Source: Macrostomum hystrix
Lineage: Eukaryota; Animalia; Platyhelminthes
DNA: 64,000 nt
Assembly (NCBI GenBank): GCA_950097015.1
Contig: CATNEN010000003.1
Coordinates: 11,346,001 to 11,410,000 of the forward strand
Direction of reading: 5' to 3'
The translations under genes and the position numbers were made by a program. Under the pieces are notes generated by a model. The model was not told the origin of the DNA. It was given only the letters and a program-made list of their open reading frames with translations, and ran no database searches. Below, in pieces: positions 1-14,110 of the stretch. Each line of letters opens with the position of its first letter. Position 1 is the stretch's first letter.

Positions 1-140
1 TGATACTATTCTTTGATTTAGTACGATTCCTCGTGTTCGTACGATTCTTCGATTTAGTCCGATTCCTCATTTAGTACGATTCCTCAATTTAGTACGATTC
101 CTCGATTTAATACTATTCCTCGATTTGGTACGATTCCACG
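1..140. repeat. Degenerate 18-bp tandem repeat (GATTTAGTACGATTCCTC)
   Basis: Visible tandem units. Confidence 0.75.
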
Positions 141-849
141 ACTTGTGAAGATTATTTAAGTCGGGAAGATTCTTCGAGTTCAGAAGATTCCACAATATGG
201 CGATTCTTTAAGGCGGTTCCAATAGTCAGGATGGTAGGTGCGAGTGTTTTTTATCAAGATTAAAAATTAATATCTAGATTTTGAAATAAAATTCAAGTGA
301 CAAAAGTACTTAGGTCAGCAATCCTGCGAATAGAAATCTTCAAGTCACACGGTATTTCTTGTTTTTCTTTCATTCTTAGAAAGAAAGCATTTTTTGGCCG
401 GTTGACCCGAAAGAAAGAGAAAAAAAAGTTGCCACACTAAAAAGCACTGCTTTCGCTCCTAGAATATTGTCAAGGTGATAGAAGTCTTAGTAATGTAATA
501 ATAATTCAATCATTGGGTGTTAATGCAAATTTTTCTTGATTTTTGGCCTTAACTGACCTGTCGAGAATAGCTGGCCTTCTTAATTCCACCTTTTGTTTGA
601 AACTAATCTACCAGGAACTAAGACACAAGACATGTTCACCTGATTACGTAATGATATTAATATTTATAAGCCTGCGTCCTCATAATTTTCGAATGTCATA
701 GGTGAATCTGGTTCATTTGGTTATTATGGAAAAATAATCTACTTCACTGATTAGGTCATGTCATACAGCTGTCATTTTATTATTTTAGGGTCATCGAACG
801 TACTTTGACTGTCATTTTCATTTTAATTTTCTTATTGGTTATTCAATCA

Positions 850-1625
850 ATCATCAATAGTGACCATTCATCAAATTTCATTCATCAGTGATAGTCATGC
901 ATCCATGATGGTCATTCATCAATAACGGACATTCATTAATTAAGGTCATTCATAAAGCATGATCATTCAACAATGCCGGTCATTCATCAAATTTCATTCT
1001 TCAGTGATAGTCATTCATAAATGATGGTCATTCATCAAAGAAGGTCATTAATTAATTATGTTCATTCATTAATTATTATGGTCATTCATCAATCATGGTC
1101 ATTCATCAATTATGGTCATTCATCAATTATGGTCATTCATCAATTATGGTCATTCATCAATCATGGTCATTCATCAATTATGGTCATTCATCAATTATGG
1201 TCATTCATCAACTATGGTCATTCATCAATTATGGTCATTCATCAATTATGGTCATTCATCAATTATGGTCATTCATCAATTATGGTCATTCATCAATTAT
1301 GGTCATTCATCAATAACGGACATTCATTAATTAAGGTCATTCATAAAGCATGATCATTCAACAATGCCGGTCATTCATCAAATTTCATTCTTCAGTGATA
1401 GTCATTCATAAATGATGGTCATTCATCAAAGAAGGTCATTAATTAATTATGTTCATTCATTAATTATTATGGTCATTCATCAATCATGGTCATTCATCAA
1501 TTATGGTCATTCATCAATTATGGTCATTCATCAATTATGGTCATTCATCAATTATGGTCATTCATCAATTATGGTCATTTTACTAATGGCGATCATTCAT
1601 CAAGGATGGTCATTTATGAATGACT
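850..1625. repeat. 17-bp minisatellite (GGTCATTCATCAATTAT) inside a 391-bp duplication
   Basis: Tandem units; identical flanks recur at 1021 and 1412. Confidence 0.95.
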
Positions 1626-2175
1626 TTCATTTAACCATGATGATTGTAATAAAAACTACGATCGTAAAGGTGCAAGCGCGCCTACTACATATCGAAGCTA
1701 ACTACATATTTTACTAACCAAGTCAGGAGTATCATATCATGTCATTGTCATGTCTCCTAGCTCCAGTGTATAATAGGGTCGGCCAAGTGTTTTAGCTTTA
1801 CTTATTAAACTAACATGCTTATGTATATACTACACAAACTCAGAGCGAACTGTGTGTTTAGGCTGACAGATCGACAGATAGCAGAATGGCCGAAGCCTTA
1901 ACCCTGTCTCTAAGAAAATCCTATATAACAAAGCTTTGTTTACTTAGGAGTAAAGCAGTCACTCAGTGACTTGCCTAGCAATGTGCTGAAGAGGTCATAC
2001 TCGTATTTGTCAGTGTGTATATATCTATCAGCCTGGCATACATAAGCAATTGATGGGTCAAGTTATCATTGACCCGTTCATCCAACCACTCCAGAGTGTT
2101 GATGCAATTCCTGAATGCATCCTAAGACTGTTTATTGGTTGATTTGGTTCAATGCTACTATCTGATAAAAATGGG

Positions 2176-5100
2176 AGAATGGATTGCTAATCTATCTCTA
2201 ATTGATCAAGGACTAGAATGGATTGCTAATCTATCTCTAATTGATCAAGGACTAGAATGGATTGCTAATCTATACTCAATTGATCAAGGACTAGAATGGA
2301 TTGCTAATCTATCTCTAATTGATCAAGGACTAGAATGGATTGCTAATCTATCTCTAATTGATCAAGGACTAGAATGGATTGCTAATCTATACTCAATTGA
2401 TCAAGGACTAGAATGGATTGCTAATCTATCTCTAATTGATCAAGGACTAGAATGGATTGCTAATCTATCTCTAATTGATCAAGGACTAGAATGGATTGCT
2501 AATCTATACTCAATTGATCAAGGACTAGAATGGATTGCTAATCTATACTCAATTGATCAAGGACTAGAATGGATTGCTAATCTATACTCAATTGATCAAG
2601 GACTAGAATGGATTGCTAATCTATACTCAATTGATCAAGGACTAGAATGGATTGCTAATCTATCTCTAATTGATCAAGGACTAGAATGGATTGCTAATCT
2701 ATACTCAATTGATCAAGGACTAGAATGGATTGCTAATCTATCTCTAATTGATCAAGGACTAGAATGGATTGCTAATCTATCTCTAATTGATCAAGGACTA
2801 GAATGGATTGCTAATCTATCTCTAATTGATCAAGGACTAGAATGGATTGCTAATCTATTCTCAATTGATCAAGGACTAGAATGGATTGCTAATCTATCTC
2901 TAATTGATCAAGGACTAGAATGGATTGCTAATCTATCTCTAATTGATCAAGGACTAGAATGGATTGCTAATCTATACTCAATTGATCAAGGACTAGAATG
3001 GATTGCTAATCTATACTCAATTGATCAAGGACTAGAATGGATTGCTAATCTATACTCAATTGATCAAGGACTAGAATGGATTGCTAATCTATCTCTAATT
3101 GATCAAGGACTAGAATGGATTGCTAATCTATCTCTAATTGATCAAGGACTAGAATGGATTGCTAATCTATACTCAATTGATCAAGGACTAGAATGGATTG
3201 CTAATCTATCTCTAATTGATCAAGGACTAGAATGGATTGCTAATCTATCTCTAATTGATCAAGGACTAGAATGGATTGCTAATCTATCTCTAATTGATCA
3301 AGGACTAGAATGGATTGCTAATCTATTCTCAATTGATCAAGGACTAGAATGGATTGCTAATCTATACTCAATTGATCAAGGACTAGAATGGATTGCTAAT
3401 CTATCTCTAATTGATCAAGGACTAGAATGGATTGCTAATCTATACTCAATTGATCAAGGACTAGAATGGATTGCTAATCTATCTCTAATTGATCAAGGAC
3501 TAGAATGGATTGCTAATCTATACTCAATTGATCAAGGACTAGAATGGATTGCTAATCTATCTCTAATTGATCAAGGACTAGAATGGATTGCTAATCTATA
3601 CTCAATTGATCAAGGACTAGAATGGATTGCTAATCTATCTCTAATTGATCAAGGACTAGAATGGATTGCTAATCTATACTCAATTGATCAAGGACTAGAA
3701 TGGATTGCTAATCTATCTCTAATTGATCAAGGACTAGAATGGATTGCTAATCTATACTCAATTGATCAAGGACTAGAATGGATTGCTAATCTATCTCTAA
3801 TTGATCAAGGACTAGAATGGATTGCTAATCTATCTCTAATTTATCAAGGACTAGAATGGATTGCTAATCTATACTCAATTGATCAAGGACTAGAATGGAT
3901 TGCTAATCTATCTCTAATTGATCAAGGACTAGAATGGATTGCTAATCTATACTCAATTGATCAAGGACTAGAATGGATTGCTAATCTATACTCAATTGAT
4001 CAAGGACTAGAATGGATTGCTAATCTATACTCAATTGATCAAGGACTAGAATGGATTGCTATTCTATTATTATTTGATCAAGGAACAGAATGGATTGCTA
4101 ATCTATACTCAATTGATCAAGGACTAGAATGGATTGCTAATCTATTATTATTTGATCAAGGACTAGAATGGATTGCTAATCTATACTCAATTGATCAAGG
4201 ACTAGAATGGATTGCTAATCTATCTCTAATTGATCAAGGACTAGAATGGATTGCTAATCTATCTCTAATTGATCAAGGACTAGAATGGATTGCTAATCTA
4301 TACTCAATTGATCAAGGACTAGAATGGATTGCTAATCTATCTCTAATTGATCAAGGACTAGAATGGATTGCTAATCTATCTCTAATTGATCAAGGACTAG
4401 AATGGATTGCTAATCTATACTCAATTGATCAAGGACTAGAATGGATTGCTAATCTATTCTCAATTGATCAAGGACTAGAATGGATTGCTAATCTATCTCT
4501 AATTGATCAAGGACTAGAATGGATTGCTTATCTATCTCTAATTGATCAAGGACTAGAATGGATTGCTAATCTATCTCTAATTTATCAAGGACTAGAATGG
4601 ATTGCTAATCTATACTCAATTGATCAAGGACTAGAATGGATTGCTAATCTATCTCTAATTGATCAAGGACTAGAATGGATTGCTAATCTATACTCAATTG
4701 ATCAAGGACTAGAATGGATTGCTAATCTATACTCAATTGATCAAGGACTAGAATGGATTGCTAATCTATACTCAATTGATCAAGGACTAGAATGGATTGC
4801 TAATCTATCTCTAATTGATCAAGGACTAGAATGGATTGCTAATCTATACTCAATTGATCAAGGACTAGAATGGATTGCTAATCTATACTCAATTGATCAA
4901 GGACTAGAATGGATTGCTAATCTATCTCTAATTGATCAAGGACTAGAATGGATTGCTAATCTATCTCTAATTGATCAAGGACTAGAATGGATTGCTAATC
5001 TATACTCAATTGATCAAGGACTAGAATGGATTGCTAATCTATACTCAATTGATCAAGGACTAGAATGGATTGCTAATCTATACTCAATTGATCAAGGACT

Positions 5101-8100
5101 AGAATGGATTGCTAATCTATCTCTAATTGATCAAGGACTAGAATGGATTGCTAATCTATACTCAATTGATCAAGGACTAGAATGGATTGCTAATCTATCT
5201 CTAATTGATCAAGGACTAGAATGGATTGCTAATCTATACTCAATTGATCAAGGACTAGAATGGATTGCTAATCTATACTCAATTGATCAAGGACTAGAAT
5301 GGATTGCTAATCTATCTCTAATTGATCAAGGACTAGAATGGATTGCTAATCTATACTCAATTGATCAAGGACTAGAATGGATTGCTAATCTATACTCAAT
5401 TGATCAAGGACTAGAATGGATTGCTAATCTATCTCTAATTGATCAAGGACTAGAATGGATTGCTAATCTATACTCAATTGATCAAGGACTAGAATGGATT
5501 GCTAATCTATCTCTAATTGATCAAGGACTAGAATGGATTGCTAATCTATCTCTAATTGATCAAGGACTAGAATGGATTGCTAATCTATACTCAATTGATC
5601 AAGGACTAGAATGGATTGCTAATCTATTCTCAATTGATCAAGGACTAGAATGGATTGCTAATCTATACTCAATTGATCAAGGACTAGAATGGATTGCTAA
5701 TCTATACTCAATTGATCAAGGACTAGAATGGATTGCTAATCTATACTCAATTGATCAAGGACTAGAATGGATTGCTAATCTATCTCTAATTGATCAAGGA
5801 CTAGAATGGATTGCTAATCTATCTCTAATTTATCAAGGACTAGAATGGATTGCTAATCTATACTCAATTGATCAAGGACTAGAATGGATTGCTAATCTAT
5901 CTCTAATTGATCAAGGACTAGAATGGATTGCTAATCTATCTCTAATTGATCAAGGACTAGAATGGATTGCTAATCTATACTCAATTGATCAAGGACTAGA
6001 ATGGATTGCTAATCTATCTCTAATTGATCAAGGACTAGAATGGATTGCTAATCTATCTCTAATTGATCAAGGACTAGAATGGATTGCTAATCTATACTCA
6101 ATTGATCAAGGACTAGAATGGATTGCTAATCTATCTCTAATTGATCAAGGACTAGAATGGATTGCTAATCTATCTCTAATTTATCAAGGACTAGAATGGA
6201 TTGCTAATCTATCTCTAATTGATCAAGGACTAGAATGGATTGCTAATCTATCTCTAATTGATCAAGGACTAGAATGGATTGCTAATCTATACTCAATTGA
6301 TCAAGGACTAGAATGGATTGCTAATCTATTCTCAATTGATCAAGGACTAGAATGGATTGCTAATCTATCTCTAATTGATCAAGGACTAGAATGGATTGCT
6401 AATCTATCTCTAATTGATCAAGGACTAGAATGGATTGCTAATCTATACTCAATTGATCAAGGACTAGAATGGATTGCTAATCTATACTCAATTGATCAAG
6501 GACTAGAATGGATTGCTAATCTATACTCAATTGATCAAGGACTAGAATGGATTGCTAATCTATACTCAATTGATCAAGGACTAGAATGGATTGCTAATCT
6601 ATCTCTAATTGATCAAGGACTAGAATGGATTGCTAATCTATACTCAATTGATCAAGGACTAGAATGGATTGCTAATCTATCTCTAATTGATCAAGGACTA
6701 GAATGGATTGCTAATCTATCTCTAATTGATCAAGGACTAGAATGGATTGCTAATCTATCTCTAATTTATCAAGGACTAGAATGGATTGCTAATCTATACT
6801 CAATTGATCAAGGACTAGAATGGATTGCTAATCTATCTCTAATTGATCAAGGACTAGAATGGATTGCTAATCTATACTCAATTGATCAAGGACTAGAATG
6901 GATTGCTAATCTATCTCTAATTGATCAAGGACTAGAATGGATTGCTAATCTATCTCTAATTTATCAAGGACTAGAATGGATTGCTAATCTATCTCTAATT
7001 GATCAAGGACTAGAATGGATTGCTAATCTATCTCTAATTGATCAAGGACTAGAATGGATTGCTAATCTATACTCAATTGATCAAGGACTAGAATGGATTG
7101 CTAATCTATTCTCAATTGATCAAGGACTAGAATGGATTGCTAATCTATCTCTAATTGATCAAGGACTAGAATGGATTGCTAATCTATCTCTAATTGATCA
7201 AGGACTAGAATGGATTGCTAATCTATACTCAATTGATCAAGGACTAGAATGGATTGCTAATCTATACTCAATTGATCAAGGACTAGAATGGATTGCTAAT
7301 CTATACTCAATTGATCAAGGACTAGAATGGATTGCTAATCTATCTCTAATTGATCAAGGACTAGAATGGATTGCTAATCTATACTCAATTGATCAAGGAC
7401 TAGAATGGATTGCTAATCTATCTCTAATTGATCAAGGACTAGAATGGATTGCTAATCTATACTCAATTGATCAAGGACTAGAATGGATTGCTAATCTATC
7501 TCTAATTGATCAAGGACTAGAATGGATTGCTAATCTATACTCAATTGATCAAGGACTAGAATGGATTGCTAATCTATACTCAATTGATCAAGGACTAGAA
7601 TGGATTGCTAATCTATACTCAATTGATCAAGGACTAGAATGGATTGCTAATCTATACTCAATTGATCAAGGACTAGAATGGATTGCTAATCTATACTCAA
7701 TTGATCAAGGACTAGAATGGATTGCTAATCTATACTCAATTGATCAAGGACTAGAATGGATTGCTAATCTATACTCAATTGATCAAGGACTAGAATGGAT
7801 TGCTAATCTATACTCAATTGATCAAGGACTAGAATGGATTGCTAATCTATTATTATTTGATCAAGGAACAGAATGGATTGCTAGTCCATCTCCAATGGAT
7901 CAAGGAACAGAATGGATTGCTAGTCCATCTCCAATGAATCAAGGAACAGAATGGATTGCTAGTCCATCTCCAATGGATCAAGGAACAGAATGGATTGCTA
8001 GTCCATCTCCAATGGATCAAGGAACAGAATGGATTGCTAGTCCATCTCCAATGAATCAAGGAACAGAATGGATTGCTAGTCCATCTCCAATGGATCAAGG

Positions 8101-8235
8101 AACAGAATGGATTGCTAGTCCATCTCCAATGGATCAAGGAACAGAATGGATTGCTAGTCCATCTCCAATGGATCAAGGAACAGAATGGATTGCTAGTCCA
8201 TCTCCAATTAATCAAGGACTAAAATGGATTGCTAG
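2176..8235. repeat. 39-bp minisatellite, ~155 units (GGACTAGAATGGATTGCTAATCTATCTCTAATTGATCAA)
   Basis: Uninterrupted 39-bp period; two main variants; distinct variant block at 7860-8215. Confidence 0.98.
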
Positions 8236-8974
8236 CCGAAGGTAAAAAACTGTCTTTTATTAAGCCAGCCAACGAAAAGACAAACGAAATAGCAAAGATT
8301 GTAGATTGAAGCAGAAATACATCAAAAGGCACAAAGCAGTGGACCATAAAAATGTGTCCACAAAGGAAAGTTTACTGTAAAATTTTCCTTTTGTACAGTC
8401 ATAGATGAATCTAGCCTTTGACACAAAAAATAATGAGCAAGCATGATCAAAGACTGATAAAGTTGTGTTGTGACAGTTGATTTGAAATATTTATTTTGTC
8501 AAAAAGAAATAAAAGATAAATCAAGATTAATGCTCGCTTTTGGAAACATTAAATATGTCTGTAGATCGATATAAAGAAATTTTACACTCGTTTTTTTCGG
8601 GGGTCGAAACGGTTTTGATACTTGATATTGCCACTATAACCTACGTATATGTAAAAATAACATTCGGAATATTAATAGCTAATAGTCATGCGTTTCAAAA
8701 TATTAGAGTCTTATCAAGTTACTGGGTGTGGCCCGTACTATCGATGCATCTATCGATTAAAAGACTAGCTTTTTGTAGAATAGAGAATTTTTCTGGAGCT
8801 TGCTTTTTTGATGAGTTAAGATTGGGCTGAAAAATAGACAACTAAATAACTGATTTCGTATCGATTTGATTAAATTTCATCAATTTTTTTGCTTATAAGG
8901 AATTGTTTATGGACGGACAAGGATGGAAGTGTTGGGAGTTAATGCGGAGGAGAATAAAGGGGAGATTTGGTTGG

Positions 8975-9630
8975 GGGAGGTAGGTAGGGGAGAATGGTAG
9001 GTAGGGGAGAATGTTAGGTAGGGGAGAATGGTAGGTAGGGAAGAATGATAGGTAGGGGAGAATGGTAGGTCGGAGGGAATGATAGGTAGGTGAGAATGGT
9101 AGGTAGGTGAGAATGGTAGGTAGGGGAGAGTGGTAGGTAGGGGAGAATGCTAGGTAGGGAAGAATGGTAGGTAAGGGAGAAAGGTTTGTAGTGGCGAATA
9201 GTAGGTAGGGGAGAATGGTAGGTAGGTGAGAATGGTAGGCAGGGCACAATGGTAGGTAGGTGAGAATGGTAGGTAGGGGAGAATGGTAGGTAGGGGAGAA
9301 TGGTAGGTAGGGGAGAATGGTAGGTAGGGGAGAATGGTAGGTAGGGAAGAATGATAGGTAGGGGAGAATGGTAGGTCGGAGGGAATGGTAGGTAGGTGAG
9401 AATGGTAGGTAGGTGAGAATGGTAGGTAGGGGAGAGTGGTAGGTAGGGGAAAATGGTAAGTAGGGGAGAATGGTAGGTAGGGGAGAATGGTAGTTATGGG
9501 AGAATGTTTGGTAGGGGAGAATTGTAATTATGGGAGAATGGTAGGTAGGGGAGAGTTGTAATTAGGGGAGAATGGTAGGTAGGGGAGAATTGTAATTATG
9601 GGAGAATGGTAGCTATCGGAGAATGCTAGG
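8975..9630. repeat. 17-bp G-rich minisatellite (GGTAGGTAGGGGAGAAT)
   Basis: Visible tandem units. Confidence 0.95.
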
Positions 9631-10564
9631 TTTGGGTAAAGGTGAGTAGGTTGTAAGACTGTTTAATGATGAATCACAAACAGTTTCCGGACAGACGAAG
9701 AGAAAGTGAAATGCGAATGCAGATGAGCTGAATATTGCAATGAAATAACAACGGAGCTGATTACCAAAACTAGTTGTGAAATGTGAAATCTACGATGAAG
9801 TGTTCCGGAATGATTTCTATAGTGCACCAACAGCAACAACAGCTAGATACGAGTAAAAGCTAACTAGAAGCTATACATAACAGTCGCAATGTCGGAAAGC
9901 AGGCAAAGCGGTACGTACGAAGGACCCCTCTTGGTTCCTTTAGTAGAAGACAAGGTAAGAGGCTGCTGCCAGATGGTGCCAACGAGATAAGAGCACACAT
10001 TCTTATAGGGCATTGGCAGCCGCAGCAAGTATATATATCATCGGGCTAGTCGCAGTCGTAAAGTCCTGTATCGGCCAACAGACTTCCACGCTAGCCAAAG
10101 TTTCATTCTTTTTTTTTGTTTCAATCCATCAGAGCCAGATAGTCGGCATTGTCTGCGATAACGGTAACTTCAGCACAGAAATTATGTACTGAGATTTTGC
10201 GGGACATTTGTTTTTGTAGCTTAGGCCCTTATATTGTTGCGATAATTTATACTTGGATTCCAATGTGCGCCAATATCTTTGAGGGAGCTACAGAGAGAAT
10301 GGATCTTAAAGTTTATCAACTTTGACAGGCCCAATCGATTTGTTGTTGCATTCCATTGCTGTGGGGTTAGCTGCTTGTCAAGCTTAGGTTGTCTACTGTG
10401 TGTGTTTTAGAATGAAACTATTCTTGCTTTGTCATCGGGTCTAACTTTGCGAATGGAATGCGGCTGGTAGTTCTGACTTGTTGGGACGACATTTGGAAGA
10501 AAATGAACAAGATTTAAGAAACAAAAGGTAGATTGTTCAGTTGCAGGAGTTTCCCATTTTAGAC

Positions 10565-11280
10565 AGGCGATTCTAAGAAACGTTATAAATGGGATTGTAA
10601 AAAATTCTTAGAACTTTCTAAGAAACATCGGAGGAGAGATTCTAAGAAATATCGGGTAGTAGATTCTTAGAAACGTAGGATAGGAGATTCTAAGTGTCGG
10701 ACGGGATTTTCTAAGAAATGTCGGAGGGATATTCTAAGATTTGTCGGATGTTACATTCTAAGAAATGTCGGGTGGAAGATTCTAAGAAATGTCAGATGGG
10801 ATATTCTAAGAAATGTCGGATGTTATATTCTAAGAAATGTCGGACGGGATATTCTAAGAAATACCTGGTGGGATATTCTAAGACATGTCTTATGGGAGAT
10901 TTTAAGACATTTTTGACGGGATATTCTAAGAAATGTCGGAGGGATATTCTAAGAAATGTCGGCTGGGAGATTCTAAGAAATGTCAGATGGGATATTCTAA
11001 GAAAATGTCGGATGGGTCATTTTAAGACATTTCGAAGGGATATTCTAAGAAATGTTGGACGGGATATTCTAAGAAATTTCGGCTGGGAGATTCCAAGAAA
11101 TATCATGTGGAAGTTAGTAAAATCCCGGTGGAAGATTGTAGAGAAATTTAAGCTGGAGATTCTAAGATCTTAGGTGGGACATTTTAGGAAATATTTGGCG
11201 TTTCTAAGAAATATCAGGAGGGAGATTGAGAGAAATTTGAGGTGGGAGATTTAGAAAATTGTCATTTGTCAGATTTAGAA
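10565..11280. repeat. Degenerate ~24-bp repeat (TTCTAAGAAATGTCGGACGGGATA)
   Basis: Recurrent TTCTAAGAAA. Confidence 0.9.
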
Positions 11281-11660
11281 ATGCCAATTAGATTATCTTT
11301 ATTCATGCTTTAATACGGTTTTTAAAGATAAATTTATTACTTTGCATATCTGTTCGCACTTGAAACCGACCCTTTCACCTTTCACTCTTTTTTGACCACT
11401 TTCTATTATTGCTTCAGGAAATTGCGGCACAATCTTCTATACCTGCGCACACATTTTTATAATACCGGCTATCTATGTCTGCGTTCAAAGAATTCAGGAA
11501 AACAGCAAATTATAAATTATCCCACACTCCGCCACGAGTTTTGGCCTCATTCCTAGGGGAACCACTATCGCTAAAAATAATTGGCTTTATACGAGTATTA
11601 TTAAAAAATAACTGATTGCCGTTTAGTTTGCAGTGTTTCTTCTGGTTCTTCAGTGATAGC

Positions 11661-11798
11661 TTCAGGCCTGCTTATCCTCTGATTCTTCAGCTACCCTTCA
11701 GGCCTCCTTATCCTCTGATTCTTCAGCTACCCTTCAGGCCTCCTTATCCTCTGATTCTTCAGCTACCCTTCAGGCCTCCTTATCCTCTGATTCTTCAG
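11661..11798. repeat. 36-bp tandem repeat, ~4 copies
   Basis: TTCAGGCCTCCTTATCCTCTGATTCTTCAGCTACCC. Confidence 0.92.
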
Positions 11799-12351
11799 TG
11801 GGGGAGTTCAGGCTTTATCTTATCTTTCATCTTGCTCTTGTATTTGTATTGTAATTTGTTTTATTGTCTAATGGGATATACTCTAATTGATTTCTTTAAT
11901 TCTGCTTTAAGTAAAGCTTTTCTGTTTTCTTTTGGTAAAATAACAGTTCACCTGTCAAAGTCCTGTCACTTTATTTAAGAATTTGAACAATTACTTTGAT
12001 TTTCTATGCCGCATTCGTTACAATAGCTGAGATAATTAGCACCTAATTTTCAGTTCACCAAATTGTCTTCAGTTCTGTTATCTCTTGTCATCACTGAACC
12101 GCGAAATTTGCAATCCCAATAATAATACGATCATTGATCCATAGATTAAACAATGCCACGTGTTAATAATCTTAGTGACACCATTCTACCATTCTATTCA
12201 ATGTATTTGTTGATCAGTCCGTTAAATCTTATTTTAAAATGTGATAAACGGTGGCACATTGTTTTGTTATAATGCTGCTCAGACTATTATAGTAATTTCT
12301 ATGAAAGAGAAGTTAAGAAGAATTTTTACTATTCTGACATGCAGTAAATGG

Positions 12352-12470
12352 GAGTGAGTGGCATAGCTGTCTGCTCAGGAGTGTGTGCTCAGGAGTCAGC
12401 GGAATGGGCAGAATTGCCTCCTCGCTGGCTGCGGGTCTAGTGTCACCAAATGATGTCACCATTGCCAGCC
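12352..12470 (+). mobile_element. Internally deleted copy of SINE family B
   Basis: Clear similarity to the reverse complement of 56575-56670, plus head TGAGTGGCA. Confidence 0.6.
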
Positions 12471-12487
12471 CTCCTGAAAATATAGTT

Positions 12488-12622
12488 CTAGCGAATTCAT
12501 TGACTGTGTACAGATGCTCAGTCCATGGACACTAGAGAGGCTGCCTTATCCCTATCGGTCTTTTGCTTATGGACACAAATTGTTTCCACTGCACTGTTAG
12601 AATCGAACTCCCGACCCATAGC
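12488..12622 (-). mobile_element. Degenerate copy of SINE family A
   Basis: Reverse complement has GGGAGTTCGATT, ACAATTTGTGTCC.TAAGC and GTCCATGGACT, shared with 24877-25135. Confidence 0.5.
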
Positions 12623-13029
12623 TTCTATTCTAAACATAATCCAGTATAATTTGACCCAACAACCAGCTTTATTTTAAAATTTGACATGCTTGGAGGAGTA
12701 TTTTCCAAGCATTTCCAAGAAAATGCTTTTATTTCTGTTAAAAGAGAGCTCAGCGTTTCCTGTCTATTAATCTTCGTTGGGAAGAATATTTTAAATATGC
12801 GAGCTAAAAAGGTTATATAAGAATGTACCGACTTTACATTATACTGGAATGATTTTAGCCCCTGTGTCACACTTAATTCCAATTAATTAGCTCGCACTTC
12901 AGTATCTACTACGGCCGTGGTTATAGAGGGTGACGCGAATAGTACGATGGAATCTTGGCAATTTGCCAGACTTTGCTTCGCTGCAGCGCTATTTTGATTC
13001 TGGAATCTGTGTCACACTTTAGTTTATGA

Positions 13030-14110
13030 TATCAACTCTCTCCTTCATTGTCCCACACTCTCCTTCACTGTCCCACACTCTCCCTCACTGCCCCACACTC
13101 TCCCTCACCGTCCCACACTCTCCTTCACTGTCCCACACTCTCCCTCACTGTCCCACACTCTCCCTCACCGTCCCACACTCTCCTTCACTGTCCCACACTC
13201 TCCCTCACTGTCCCACACTCTCCCTCACCGTCCCACACTCTCCTTCACTGTCCCACACTCTCCCTCACTGTCCCACACTCTCCTTTCTAATCCCACACTC
13301 TTCCATCCTAATACAACACTCTTCCATCCTAATCCCACACTCTTCCATCCTAATCCCACACTCCTTCATCCTAATCCCACACTCTTCCATCCTAACCCCG
13401 CACTCCTTCCTTTCTAATCCCACACTCTTCCTTTCTAATCCCACACTCTTTCCTTTCTAATCCCACACTCTTTCCTTTCTAATCCCACACTCTTTCCTTT
13501 CTAATCCCACACTCTTTCCTTCCTAATCCCACACTCTTTCCTTCCTAATCCCACACTCTTTCCTTCCTAATCCCACACTCTTTCCTTCCTAATCCCACAC
13601 TCTTTCCTTCCTAATCCCACACTCTTTCCTTTCTAATCCCACACTCTTTCCTTCCTAATCCCACACTCTTTCCTTCCTAATCCCACACTCTTTCCCTCCT
13701 AATCCCACACTCTTTCCTTTTTAATCCCACACTCTTCCTTTCTAATCCCACACTCTTCCTTCCTAATCCCACACTCTTTCCTTCCTAATCCCACACTCTT
13801 TCCTTCCTAATCCCACACTCTTCCTTTCTAATCCCACACTCTCCCTTTTTAATCCCACACTCTCCCTTTCTAATCCCACACTCTTCCTTTCAAATCCCAC
13901 ACTCTTTCCTTTCTAATCCCACACTCTTTCCTTCCTAATCCCACACTCTTTCCTTCCTAATCCCACACTCTTTCCTTTTTAATCCCACACTCTTCCTTTC
14001 TAATCCCACACTCTTTCCTTTCTAATCCCACACTCTTTCCTTCTAATCCCACACTCTTCCTTTCTAATCCCACACTCTTTCCCTCCTAATCCCACACTCT
14101 CCTAATAACT
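13030..14110. repeat. 20-22-bp pyrimidine-rich minisatellite (TCCCACACTC core)
   Basis: 20-bp variant to ~13280, then TAATCCCACACTCTTTCCTTCC. Confidence 0.95.

Noticed and set aside
2176-8235. CRISPR array interpretation of the regular repeats
   Set aside because: No unique spacers, no cas genes, eukaryotic context
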